This document shows, piece by piece, positions 1-17,003 of a stretch of 64,000 nt of DNA (the stretch's first letter is position 1; every line of letters begins with the position of its first letter). This stretch comes from the human T2T-CHM13v2.0 reference genome, Homo sapiens. The translations under genes were made by a program, and so were the position numbers. Location of the stretch: assembly GCF_009914755.1 (NCBI RefSeq), contig NC_060947.1; one strand, given 5' to 3'. The notes beneath the pieces are model-generated. The model saw only the letters and a list, made by a program, of their open reading frames with translations. It was not told the origin of the DNA and made no database searches.

Positions 1-3000
1 GTTCTTTAAGATGCATCATTAGGCTGTTTATTTGAAGCTTTCTAGTTTTTGGATGTAGGTGCTTACAGCTATAAACTTCCCTCTTGCTACTGCTTTTGCT
101 GTTTTCTGTAAGTTTTGGTATGTTGTGCTTCCATTACCATTTGTTTCAAGACATTTTTCAATTTCTTTCTTAATTTTTTCATTAACCCACTGGTCATTCA
201 GGAGCATATTGTTTGATTTCCATGTGTTTGTATAAGTTTCCAAAATTCCTCTTGTTGATTTATAGTTTTATTCCATTTTGGTCAGAGAAGATGCTTGGTA
301 TTATTTAAATTTTTAAAAAATGTTATAAGACTTGTTTTGTGACCTAACATATGGTTTATTTTGAGAATTATTCACATGCTGAGGAGAAGAATGTGTACTC
401 TGCAGCCGTTAGATGAAATGTTCTGTAAATATTTATTATGCCCATTTGGTCTATAGTGTATATTAAGTCTGATGCTTTGTTGTTGGTTTTCTGTCTGGAT
501 AATATGTTTAATGCAGAAAGTGGGGTGTTGAAATCTCCAGCTATTATTGTACTGGCATCTATGTCTCTTTTTAGCTCTAATAATATTTTCTTTACAAATT
601 TTGGCAGTGTTGAGTGTTTATATATTTATGGTTGTTTTATCCTCTTGCTGAATTGACTGCTTTATTTTTTGTGACTTTCTTTGTTTCTTTTTATAATTTT
701 GTCTTGAAATGCATTTTGTCTGATAAATTATAGATACTTTTGTTTACTTTTTTGGTTTCCATTTATATGAAATATCCTTTGCCATCCTTTCATTTTCAGG
801 GTCTGAGTATCTTTATTGGTGAAGTGTGTTTCTTGTAGGCAACAGATCATTGGGCTAGTTTTTCATATCCATGCAGCCACTCTATGTCTTTTGATTAGAG
901 AATTTTGTCCATTTACATTCAATGTTATTATTGATAAGTAAGGACTTACCCCTGACATTTTGTCATTTGTTTTCTGGTTGTTTTGTGTTCTTCTTCTCCT
1001 TTTCTTCCTTCTTGTCTTCCTTTAGTTAGGATAATTTTTTCTGGTGGTATGTTTTAATTTCTTTCTTTTTATTTTTTGTGCATCTGCTGTATGCTTTTTT
1101 GTTTGAGATTACTATGAGGTTTGTAAATAATATTGTATAACCTATTATTTTAAACTGATGGCAACTTAACACTGATTGCATGGACAATGAAACAAACTAA
1201 CAAACAAAGAACAAATTAATAAAAACTCTGCACTTCAACTTTGCTCCTCTGCTTTTTAACTTTTTGTTGTTTCTATTTATTTCTTATTTTACTGTCTATA
1301 TCTTGAAAAGTTGTTGTAGTCATTATTTTGACCAGTTCATATTTTAGTCTTTCTACTGAAGATATGAGTAACGTACACACCACAATTATAGGGTTATAAT
1401 CTGTGTTTGTCTGTGTTGTTATTACCAGTGAGTTTTGTACCTTCAGATAATTTATTATTGCTCATTAATGTCCCCCTCTTTGAATCAAAAAACCATCTTT
1501 AGCATTTTTTACAGGACAGGTCTGGTGTTGATGAAATCCCTCAGCTTTTGTTTATCTGGGAAAGTATGTATTACTTGTTCATGTTTGAGGGATATTTTCA
1601 CTGGGTATAATATTCTAGGGTAAGAGGTTTTTCTTTTTTTCTTCAGCACTTTAAATATGTCATGCCATTGTCCTCTGCCTGTAAGTTTGCTACTGAGAAG
1701 TCTGCTTCCAGATGTATTGGAGCTCCTTTGTATGTTATTTGTTTCTCTTCTCTTACTGCTTTTGAGATTATTTCCTTGTCCTTGATCTTTGGGAGTTTGA
1801 TTATTAGATTCCGTGAGGTAGTCTTCTTTGGGTTAAATTTGTTTGTTGTTCTATCATCTTCTTGTACTTGAATGTTGATATATTTTTCTAGGTTTGGAAA
1901 ATTATCTGATATTATTCTCTTGAATAAAGTCTCTACCTCTATTTCCTTCTCTACCTCCTCTTTATGGCCAATAACTTTTAGATTTGCCCTTTGGAGGCTA
2001 TTTTTAGATCCTGTAGGCATGCTTCATCGTTTTTTATTCTTTTTGCCTTTGTCTCCTCTGAGTGTGCATTTTCAAGTAGCCTGTTTTTAAGCTAATTCTT
2101 TCTTCTGTTTGATTAATTCTGCTATTAAGAGGCTCTGATGCATTCTTCAGTATGTCAATTGTATTTTTCAACACCAGAATTTCTGCTGGATTCTTTTTAA
2201 TTATTTCAATCTCTTTGTTAAATTTATCTGATGAAATTCTGAATTATTTCTCACTTTATATTAAATTTCTTTGAGTTTCCTCAACACAGGTAATTTGAAT
2301 TCTCTGTCTGAAAGGTCACATATCTCTCTATCTCCAGTATTTGTTCCTGGTGCCTTATTTAGTCCATTTGGTGAGCTCATGTTTTTGTGGATATTCTTCG
2401 TGCTTCTGGAAGTTCGTTGGTGTCTGGGCATTGAAGAGTTAGGTATTTATTGTAATCTTTGAAGTCTAGTCTTGTTTGTACCAGTCTTTCTTGGGAAGGT
2501 TTTCCAGGTATTCAAAGGGACTTGGGTTTTGTGATATATGTGTTTTGGTCACTGTAGCCATATCTCCCTTAGGTGGCACCCCATGCCCAGTAATGCTGTG
2601 GTTCTTGCAGATTTGTAGAGGTACCACCTTGGTAGTCTTGGATAACATCTGGAAGAATTCTCTGGATTACCAGGCAGAGATTTTTGTTTTCCTCCCTTAC
2701 TTTCTCCTAAACAAATGGAGTCTCTCTCTCTGTGCTGAGTGCCCAGATCTGGGGTAGGGGTGACATAGAACCCTTGTGGCTACCACTACTAGAAGTGCAC
2801 TTGGTTAGACTTGAAGCCAGCAGAGCACTGGATCTCCCTTACGGCCTGTGGTAACCACTGCCTGGCTACCATCTATGTTAACTCAAGGCTGTAGTTTTCT
2901 ACAATAAGCACCTGATGGGGCCAGCCAGACTGTGTCCTTCCCTTCAGGGAGGCACGTTTCCCCCTGGGCTCAAGTGAGTCCAGAAATGCCATCCAGGAGC

Positions 3001-4480
3001 CAGGGCCTGGAGTAGAAAACCTTAGTAATCTACCTAGTGGTCTATTCTTCTGTGGCTGAGCTGTCACCCAGGCCACAAGACAAAGTCCTTCCCACTCTTC
3101 CTTCCCCTTTACCCCACAGAGGAGCCTGTTCCCATGGTCACTACTACCCCAGTCCTGTGGTGAATACTGCCTGACTACCTCCAGTGTTTGATCAAGGCTC
3201 AAGGTCTCTTCAGTCAGCTTGTGGTGAATGCTTCTAGGCCTGGGACTATCCATTTACGGCATTGGGACTATCCATTTATGGCATTGGGCTCCCCTCTGGT
3301 CTCAGAAAGGTCCTGAAATGCTGTCCAAGAGCCAAGGCCTAGAATTTTTGGACCCCAATGGTCTGCTTGTTGCTCTACCCCACTATGGTCAAGGTGGTAC
3401 CTAAGCTGCAAGTCAAAGCCCCTCCTTTACTCTTCCTTTTCCTTTTCTCAAGAAGGAATCCCTACCCATAGCCACTCAAGCTGGAAATGTGCTGGGTTAC
3501 ACACGAACCCAGTACATCTGTGAGTCTCACCCAAGGCCCACAACAAGTATTACCTGGTATCACTGCTGGTTATTTAGGACCTAAGGGCTCTTTAGTCAGC
3601 AGGTGATAAATCCTGCCAGGAATGAATCTTCCTCTTAAAGGCAGTTGGTTCCCTTCTGGTGCAGGATGTGTCTCAAAATGTCATGCAGGAGCTAGGGCTT
3701 GGAAAGGGAACATCAGGACTCTGCCTGGGGCCTTATCCTACTGTGGTTGAGCTTGTATCCAAGTTGCCAGACAAAATCCACTTTATTCTTCACTCTCTGC
3801 TCCTCAAGCAGAAGGAGGGGATCTCTTTTGGAGCTATTAGCTGCACTGCCTGGAGTTGGGAGGACAGTGGCACAAGCACTCCCTTGGTAGTCTTGGTTGG
3901 TGTCCCACTGGGTCGCATGCATCCCAAGTCTACTGGCTTTGAGCCCAGCACAGCACTATGACTTGCCCAAGAATTGCAATCCTTGTGTCTTACATTGCCT
4001 TTCATGTTTATTTAGGATGATGGGTCATTTTAACTCACAGTGTTGAGGCCTGCTGGAACATGGGTTCTTACCGCTGGGATGAGTAATTCTTCTCTGGCAA
4101 GGGCTGGCCCAAATACTCCTTCCATGGGTGCCAGCTGATTTCTGCCTGGTGTTGCTTTCTGCTATGACAGGGGGGCACTGAGTTCCAATGCAAACTTCCA
4201 CAATGACTGCACTCTCTCTACCTGAAGTGTACAGATTCTCTCTCTTTGCCATGCAGCTGCCACCAGGGGATGGGTAGAATCAGCAATTCAAGACTATCTT
4301 TTCTACCATTTTTAGTGCCTCTTTCAGCAAAATGATGTTAAAAACAGATACTGTGATCTCTCCCCTGACTTTTGGTTCTTATGAATATGCTTTTTGGTGT
4401 AGACAATTGTTCATTTTGGTGTTCCCTTGGAGAGGGTGATCAGTGGAGTCTTCTATTCAGCCATCTTGCACTGCCTTCCA
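1..4480 (-). mobile_element. Old LINE-1 (L1MA/L1M1-type): 5' UTR, ORF1, long inter-ORF spacer and start of ORF2; degraded, runs off the window edge
   Basis: Minus-strand ORF fragments 28-243 (NNMLLNDQWVNEKIKKEI, ORF2) and 1643-2020 (NFPNLEK...LIIKLPKIKDKEII...PIHLEADFS, ORF1); L1 5' start motif CAAGATGGCTGAATAG on the minus strand near 4453-4468. Confidence 0.92.
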
Positions 4481-4524
4481 CCTGTCCTTTATTTTTATAG
4501 GTGGGCAATATTCCATTGTATAGA

Positions 4525-4703
4525 GGAGAATGTGGCATTCAAGGCACCATTTTAAAAGCAGATACAAGACCCTCATCAGAGATCAAACCTGCTTGCATCT
4601 TGATTTAAAAATTCCCAGCCTCCAGAACTGTTAGAAATTCACTTTTTCTTTATAATGTACCCAGTTTGTGGCATTCTATTGTACTAACTCCAAATGGACT
4701 AAG
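4525..4703 (+). mobile_element. MaLR LTR 3' fragment (MLT1A/MST-like)
   Basis: caaggcaccatttt...cccagcctccagaactg...tacccagt...ggactaaga matches the typical MaLR LTR 3' end. Confidence 0.75.
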
Positions 4704-5979
4704 AAAAATGCACATGTATTTTTCATTTTTTTCTTTTTTAAAAATCAATTGTATACCATCACATGTATATACGTGTATTGTTTAATCTATAATGTATTGA
4801 AAGGTAGTATGTTTGATAACTGCACTATGGAGGTTAAGTGAGAGCAAAGTTGTATTGGAAAGCAAATAATACCTGATAATAAATTGAGCCCACAGAAACA
4901 GATAAGATATTCATAAACGTGAAATAAGAAGGCAAATATAACAACTAGTATAAACACATACATGTTCTGCTTTCTTTCCTCAGCTTCTTAAATAGACATA
5001 CGTTGATTTAGGTAATAATTACAACAATGTGTTGTTAATTTTCTGATGTATATAGATTAAATATGTATAACAATATTAGCGCTTAAAGTGGAAGAACTAG
5101 GAGAGCTGTGTAGGAGTACCATATGTATATCCCACTGGAATAAAGTTTATACAATTCTGAAGAAAGATTCTGGTAAGTTAACATGTATATGGTAAAACTT
5201 ATAGAGAACACTAAGAAATAACTTTACAAAGTGAAAAATCATTACAGTAATTCAAATATGACATTAGAAAATATTTACTTAATGCAAAGGAAAGTAGTAA
5301 AGGAGGAATTGAGAAACAAATATGGTATGAGATATATAGGAAACCAAGTGTTAAATGGCAGGCATAAATCCAACTATATCTTCATCAACATTAATTGTGA
5401 ATGGACTAAAAAATGCAATCAGAAGACAAGGATTGTCAGATGGGATAAAAATAATAAGATTCAACTATGCTGTCTAACAACCTGGCGTCTATCAATGGAT
5501 GAATGGATTTTTAAAACATGGCATATATACACAATGGATTACTAATTCAGCCATGAAAACAGGAAATTCTGTCATTTGCAACAACATGAATGAACCTAGA
5601 GGACATTACGTTAAATTAAATAAGCCAGGTACATGAAATGAACTTTTGATTTAAAGATACAAATAGGTTGAAAATAAAATAATAAAATAAGATACATCAT
5701 TTAATCAGCAATCACAAGAAAGCTCTAGTAGTTAAACAGTAGTTCTCCCTTATTCATGCTTTTGCTTTCCATAGTTTCATTTACCTATGGTCAACTCCAG
5801 TCTAAAAATATTAAGCAAATAATTCTAGAAATAAACAGTTTATAAGTTTTAAACTGTGCTCTGCTGAGTAGTGCGATAAAATCTCACACCATCCTGTTTC
5901 ATCACACTGAGGATGTGAATCATCTCTTTGTCCAGCATATCCATGCTGTATGTACTACCCACCCATTAGTCACTTAGTA

Positions 5980-7247
5980 TTAGAGTGATGCAAAAGCAAT
6001 TGCAGTTTTGGACCATGAATTTTAAATTATTACAACTAGGCTCAAACACATCTTTATTAATCAAAATAGAAACCATTACAATCAACACATTTTTGCCAAC
6101 AAGAAGTGAGTTTGTTTATTCCTGTAGCGTAAAAATTCATGCTTTGGGATTCGATGAACTCTTGGAAATAATTTTCTGCATCCTGCTGGTTGTGGAAGCA
6201 TTCTCCCTGCAAAAAGTTGTCGAGATGCTTGAAGAAGTGGTAGTCGGTTGGCGAGAGGTCAGGTGAATACGGCGCATGAGGCAAGACTTCATAGCCCAAT
6301 TCGTTCAACTTTTGAAGCATTGGTTGTATGACATATGATCGGGCATTGTTGTGGAAAAGAATTGGGCCCTTTCTGTTGACCAATGCCAGCTTCAGGCATT
6401 GCAGTTATCAGTGCAGCTCATCAATTTGCTGAGCAAACTTCTCAGATGTAATGGTTTTGCCAGGATTCAGAAAACTGTAGTGGATCAGACTGGCAGCAGA
6501 CCACCAAACAGTGACCATGACCTTTTTTGATGCAAGTTTGGCTTTGGGAAGTGCTTTGGAGCTGCTTCTCGGTCCAACCACAGAGCTGGTCATCACTGGT
6601 TGTAGTATAAAATCCACTTTTCATCACACGTCACAATCCTATTGAGAAATGATTTGTTGTTGTTGCATAGAATAAGAGAAGACGACATTTCAAAATGAGT
6701 TTTTTTGATTTTCAGTCAGTTCATGAGGCACCCACTTATTGAGCTTTTTCACCTTTCCAATTTGCTTCAAATGCTGAATGACCATAGAATGGTCAACACT
6801 AAGTTCTTCAGCAACTTCTCGTGTAGTTGTAAGAAGATCAGCTTCAATGATTGCTCTCAATTGATCGTTCTGTCAACTTCTGATGGCTGGCCACTATGCT
6901 CCTCATCTTCAAGGCTCTCATCTCCTTTGCAAAACTTCTTGAACCCCCACTGCACTGTATGTTCGTTGGCAGTTCCTGGGCCAAATGCGTTGTTGATGTT
7001 GAGAGTTGTCTCCCCTGCTTTATAACCCATTTTGAACTCGAATAAGAAGATCTCTCAAATCGGCTTTTTTGTCTAACATCATTTTCATAGTGTAAAACAA
7101 ACATAAACAGCAAGTAGTAAGTCATTAGCAAAAAAAGGTAAAGTGAGAAATGCCCATTAAAATGATGTATAACATAACCACATTTAGTTAAGAATGTATT
7201 CTAATATCAGACGGTAAATTCCAACAATACAAAACCGCAATTACTTT
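5980..7247 (-). mobile_element. HSMAR1 mariner transposon, near full length
   Basis: TA at 5978-5979, then TIR-like ttagagtgatgcaaaagcaattgcagtttt; partial opposite TIR aaaaccgcaattacttt at 7231-7247; ~1.27 kb; mariner transposase remnants inside. Confidence 0.95.
6057..7088 (-). pseudogene. Disrupted HSMAR1 (Tc1/mariner DD34D) transposase
   Basis: ATG at 7088 (ATGAAAATGATGTTAGACAAA); motifs IVTCDEKWILY, KKVMVTVWW, HNNAR (HDNAR with D>N), YSPDLSPTDYHFF and WQKCVDCNG lie in different frames, so the gene is frameshifted. Confidence 0.93.
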
Positions 7248-7547
7248 AAAAATTCCTATCTATGGCAAATAGGGATGAATGAAAATTAAGACACAACATA
7301 GCAAAATTCATGAAACGCAGCCAAAGTACCTATCTCGATTATCAGATCAACTGTTGTGGTATTGCAGTGCTTGTCTTCAGGTCACCTTTGTTTTACTTAA
7401 TTATTACCTCAAAGTGTAAAAGTAGTGATGCTAGTATTTTGTTATAATTGTTCTATTTAATTATTAGTTATTGTTGTTTATCTTTCACCGTGCTTAATTT
7501 ATAAATTAAACTTTATCATAGGTATGTATGTGTAGAGAAAAACAGTA

Positions 7548-7766
7548 CAGTTGGCCTTATGTATTTGTGGTTCTGCATCTTCAGATTCAACCAACCAATG
7601 ATAGAAATTACAGTATTTACAAGATGTGGTGTCTGCAGATACAGAGGGCTGACTTTTCATGTCTACAGGTTCTGCAGGGCTAACTGAGGAACTTCAGCAG
7701 CCACAGATTTTAGTATCCATGTGGGAGTCTTAGAACCAATCTTCTGTGAACACTGAGTGATGACTG
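7548..7766 (-). mobile_element. MER2/MER8-type Tigger MITE nested in MER44
   Basis: TA-cagttg...gactg-TA termini with TA duplication (7546-7547 and 7767-7768); internal gattttagtatccatgtgggagtcttagaaccaatc is typical of MER2/MER8. Confidence 0.75.
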
Positions 7767-9184
7767 TATATACAGGATTTGGTAATATCTTTAGTTTTAG
7801 GCATCCACAGGATGTCTTGAAACATATTCTCCATGATAAGGGGAACTACTGCACTAATATTAGAAGAACACTTTAAAACATGAAATGCCTTTAGCTGTAA
7901 AGAGGAACTTTTACAATGCTAAAATGTTTAATCTGTCAAGAGGTAGTAATAATTATAAGCACATATGCACCTAAGAACAGAAATCCAAAATGTGTGAAAC
8001 AAAGGCTGACTGAATTGAGGTTGGAAATAGACAATTAAATAGTAATGCCCAGAGACTTAGTGCCCAACGTTCAATATTAAATAGAACAACTAGAAAGAAG
8101 ATCAACACAGAAATAAAGGACTTGAATAACAATAATACACAAACAAAACCTAACAGACATCTATAGGACTTTCCACCCAACTGCAGCAGAACATATGTTC
8201 TTCTTAAATGCACATTAAACGTTTTCCAGGATAGACAAATGCCAGGTAATAAAGCAAGCCTTAATAAATTTAAAGAAATGAAATAATATAAAGTATGCTC
8301 TCCTGATCACAATGGATTGAAATTGAAAATTAGTAACAAATATATTTGGAAAAATCTACAAATATGTGAACATTAAACAACACATTATCAAGTAACTAAT
8401 GGTTCAAAGATAAAATCACAAGAGAAATTTGAAAATACATTGAGATGAACAAAAATGAAGACACAACATAATAAAATTTATGGGACGCAGCCAAAGTAGT
8501 GCTTAGAGGAGTATTTGCAGCTAAAAACACCTCCATTAAAGAAGAAGAAATATCTCAAATAAAAAAGATAACCTTCTATCTTAAGAGACATGAAAAAGAA
8601 GAGCAAATTAAAGCCAGAACAAGGAGAAGAAAAAGAACTAGGTTTGCAGCAGAAAATTAATGAAATAAAAAATAGAAACACAATAGAGAAAATCAATGAA
8701 ACTAGAATTTGATTATTTGAAAAGATCAAGACAACTGACAAAACAGTAGCCAGATTTACCAAGAAAAAAGAGGAAAAATTTAATTGCTAAAGTCATAAAT
8801 GAAAGAGAAGATATTACTACCAATCTTACATAAATAAAAAGAATTATAAGGTAATTATGTGAACAACTGTATGCCAAAAAAATAGAACATTTAGATAAAA
8901 TGGACAAATTCCTAGAAAGATGCAAAATACCTAAAGTGAATCAAGAAGAATAGAAATTCTTTTTTTTAAATTCATTATTATTATACTTTAAGTTTTAGGG
9001 TACATGTGTACAATGTGCAGCTTAGTTACATATGTATACATCTGCCATGCTGGTGCGCTGCACCCACTAACTCGTCATCTAGCATTAGGTATATCTCCCA
9101 GTGCTATCCCTCCCCCATCCCCCCACCCCACAACAGTCCCCAGAGAGTGATGTTCCCCTTCCTGTGTCCATGTGTTCTCATTGT

Positions 9185-13039
<3,855 letters not shown>

Positions 13040-13075
13040 TTAGTTGATGCAGTTTCTTCCTAGTCTCGATGGTCT

Positions 13076-13795
13076 TTACATTTTGGCATGATTTTGCAGC
13101 GGCTGGTACCGGTTGTTCCTTTCCATGTTTAGCGCTTCCTTCAGGAGCTCTTTTAGGGCAGGCCTGGTGGTGACAAAATCTCTCAGCATTTGCTTGTCTG
13201 TAAAGGATTTTATTTCTCCTTCACTTATGAAGCTTAGTTTGGCTGGATATGAAATTCTGGGTTGAAAATTCTTTTCTTTAAGAATGTTGAATATTGGCCC
13301 CCACTCTCTTCTGGCTTGTAGAGTTTCTGCCGAGAGATCCGCTGTTAGTCTGATGGGCTTCTGTTTGAGGGTAACCCGACCTTTCTCTCTGGCTGCCCTT
13401 AACATTTTTTCCTTGATTTCAACTTTGGTGAATCTGACAATTATGTGTCTTGGAGTTGCTCTTCTCGAGGAGTATCTTTGTGGCGTTCTCTGTATTTCCT
13501 GAATCTGAATGTTGGCCTGCCTTGCTAGATTGGGGAAGTTCTCCTGGATAATATCCTGCAGAGTGTTTTCCAACTTGGTTCCATTCTCCCTGTCACTTTC
13601 AGGTACACCAATCAGACGTAGATTTGGTCTTTTCACATAGTCCCATATTTCTTGGAGGCTTTGTTCGTTTCTTTTTATTCTTTTTTCTCTAAACTTCCCT
13701 TCTCGCTTCATTTCATTCATTTCATCTTCCATTGCTGATACCCTTTCTTCCAGTTGATCGCATCGGCTGCTGAGGCTTCTGCATTCTTCACGTAG
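13076..13795 (-). pseudogene. ORF1: LINE-1 ORF1p C-terminal part (end of coiled coil, RRM, CTD); 5'-truncated
   Basis: 218-aa ORF with EQSLQEIWDYVKRPNLRLIGVPE, ARREWG and YPAKLSF, ending QNHAKM*; element truncated at 13795. Confidence 0.92.
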
Positions 13796-16019
13796 AGAAA
13801 TTCTTAAAACATCTATAACAAAGGGATTGGATTAGGTATCCTCCAGCTACCATCATACAAAATAGTGAAAGAGTGAATGTTTTTTCCCCTAGGATCAGGA
13901 ACAATCTTGTTTGCTTTTACCACTTCTATTCAATAGTTTACTATGGAATAGAATAGTACACTATTTGCCTAGCTATGGCAAATAGGGAAGAAGAAGAAAG
14001 AAAATTTACCCATAATAGAAAGGAAGCATTAAAAGAATCTTAATTTGAAAACTATGTGATGTTAAGGGTGTATAGACAATCCTTAGGAATCCCCTAAAAA
14101 ATTATTAGAAATAATACATGAGTTCAACAAGGTTGCAAGCCACATAGTATACGAAAATCAGTTGTATTTCTATACAATATTAATAAACAAACCAAGATGA
14201 AACTAAGGAAACAATTTCATTTGTAAAGGCATATAAAGTACTTAGAAAGAAATTTAACAAAAGGAGTGCAATTCTTATATATTTAAAAACCACCAAGTGT
14301 CATTGAAGAAATTAAAAACCTAAATCAATGAAAATATATTCTGTGTTCATGGATTGGAAAACTTAATGTTGTTAAGATGGCAGTATTCCCCAAATTAATT
14401 AATAGATTAAACACAATCCTATCAAAATTTCAGTTGCCTCTTCTGCAGATATTGACATGTTGATCATAATATTCACATGGAAACTCAAGAGACCCACAAT
14501 AACAATAAAGTTGAGGGACTCACACTTCCTAACTTTAAAACTTACTATAAATCTACAGCAATCAAGACAGCATGGTGCTGGAATAAGGACAGACATAGAG
14601 ATAAATGGAATAAAATGGAGAGTACAGAAATAAACTCATACATTTAAGTCCAATTGATTTTCAACAAGAGTTTCATGAAAGTTCAATGGAGGGAACGAAT
14701 AGTCTTTTTAACAATTGGTATTAGGACCACTGTATATCTACACCCCTATGTCACACCATATTAAAATTTAACTTGAAGTGGATTAAAGATTTAAGTGTAA
14801 GAGCTGAAAGTATAAAGCTCTTAGTAGAAAACATAAGTGTAAATGTTTATGTTGTTGGATTAAGATATGACGTTTTTAAGATATGAGACCAAACATATAA
14901 GCAACAAAAATAAAATCAATAAATTGGAAAGCATGAAAATGAAACAAAACAAAACAAAGCTTTGTGCTTCATAAAACATCATCAAGAAAATGAATAGACA
15001 ACCAACATTATCAGACATGAGGGAAATGCAAATAGAAACCACAGTCAGATCCAGCTTCACATGCACTCGACTGGAATAATAAGAAGATAATAACAAGTGT
15101 TGGTGAGAACATGGAGCAATTGGAACCTTTATATACTGTTGATGTGAATGTAAAACGATGCCTCTGTTTTTGAAAACAATCAGGCAGTCCCTCAAATGGT
15201 TAAACACAGAGTTAACATCTTATAGACAATCTATTCCTAGGTGTATAACCAAGGAAAGTGAAAACATGTCTATTAAAAAACGTGTACAGGAATGTCTATA
15301 GCAGCACTATTCATAATAGCCAGAAGTTGAAAACAACTCAAGCATTCACCAATTGAATGGATAAATAAAATGTGATATATCTATATAATGCAATATTATT
15401 CAGCCAATAAAAAGGAATGAAGTGCTGATATATGCTACAACATGGATGAACCTGGGAAAGATTATGCTAACTGAAAGAAACCAGACATAAAAGGCCACAT
15501 ATTGTATGATTCCTTTCAGTTGAAATGTCTATACTGGGCAAATGTATAGAGACAGGAAGTAGATTAATTGTTGCCAAGGGGTGCTGGGGTTGTTGAGATG
15601 GGAAGTCACTGTTAAAGGGTATGGGGTTTCTTTCTGGGAAAATGACAATATTCTAAAATTTACTTTGGTGATAAATGTATACTTCTGTGAATATATTAAA
15701 ATCCACTTAATTGTATGCTTTAAATAATTTAATTTTGTGGGATATGACATATATTTCAATAAGCTGTTCAAAAATGGATAAAAGATATAAAGTTAGTAAC
15801 AAAAAAGTAAATGTAAATAATAAATGCACGAAAAAATCCTAAAATCATTCATGAATAAACATAAATCAAGCAATTTTATTAAATTTTTGATTAATGGATT
15901 TAGATCAGCCTTGTAGGAGATCACGAGGGACTTGCCAACATGATATTAGTTCTTGCCTCGTATTTCAGTATTTGGTTCATGACGAATGAAGCCATAAACA
16001 AAACAAAACAAAACATTTC

Positions 16020-16860
16020 TCAAATTTAACACATGAAGTAAAGTTGACAAAAATGGATATTATTGAATTATAACTTATTAAAAAGGTCAACATGCTTCAA
16101 ATGATGATCCACCATTGATATAATATTATGAAAAAAATGAAATCTAAGTGCTGTTCTTAGATAACAATATTAACTGTATGAATAAAGTATGAAGCAGGAA
16201 TAGCTTGATAGCCTTCTAAATAACAAAGACCTAAAGGTTTTTGTTTACTGCAAGCACAATATGCTATTACAGTGACATGTGAATGCAAAAAATAAAAAAT
16301 ATACACAGTCATAGAGGCCTGCACAAGTTTAGGGTACTTTATTAATGTCTAATATTCTAAACAAGTAGAAGAAATAACAGTAATATTACAGTGTCATAAT
16401 ACTCTACAGTGGCAAAACCACACCTTTTACATTATATTCAGCTCTAGGTATCAAATTTCAAGACTGACAATGACAAACTGGAACCTATCCAGGATTGGTG
16501 ACAAGAATGGAAAAGTATCTGAAAATGTAAGGAATGGTTGTGGGAACTGAAGATATTTAGCCCAGGGCAGAAAACAGGGAAGAATAGTGGTCTCCAGATA
16601 TTTGAAGGAATGCCATGTGGAAAAGGAATTACTTTTGTTTTTGTGTGGCATCAGAGGGATGAACTAAAACGAACAAGTAGAATTTTCACCATACATTTTG
16701 ACAGTATAAGCAAAAAATTTCTGACCATTAATCATGTTTAATAATGGCTGATGTGTGATACTGTAAGTTCCATTTCAGTGGAAGTTTTAAAGCAGAGGCT
16801 ATAAGCCTATCCTTCAAGGGTGTTGTAGGGTGGGTTTCTGCACTGGATGGGATTTGTTCT
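16020..16860 (+). mobile_element. L3/CR1 LINE remnant
   Basis: gacaaactggaacctatccagg...ggaactgaagatatttagcc...tatttgaaggaatgccatgtggaaaagg resembles the CR1/L3 RT 3' region. Confidence 0.7.
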
Positions 16861-16871
16861 AAAAGATGGAA

Positions 16872-17003
16872 AATAGTGTTTTTGAAACTTCAGAACAAAT
16901 CCCATAGGGAGGGAATCTCAGGGATGGGGCCTGTCATCGTATCTTCTTAAAAGCATAAGTGATTCTGATACAAGTGGCTTACAGCCCCACTTTGAGAAAC
17001 ATG
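16872..17003. mobile_element. MER5-like hAT-Charlie MITE fragment
   Basis: gaatctcagggatggggcc...gtgattctgat...cactttgagaaacatg resembles MER5. Confidence 0.5.

Larger units (their letters stand above)
5737..7851 (+). mobile_element. MER44 (Tigger7-derived) non-autonomous DNA transposon, interrupted by HSMAR1 and a MER2/MER8-type MITE
   Basis: Terminal inverted repeats cagtagttctcccttat (5737) and ataaggggaactactg (ends 7851); internal sequence continues across the insertions (...gtcacttagta | tctcgattatcagatcaactg...). Confidence 0.85.

Noticed and set aside
6057-6383. Peptide very similar to the SETMAR/Metnase C-terminus
   Set aside because: Flanked by TIRs, frameshifted, has D rather than N at the third catalytic site, and has no SET exons: a free HSMAR1 copy, not SETMAR
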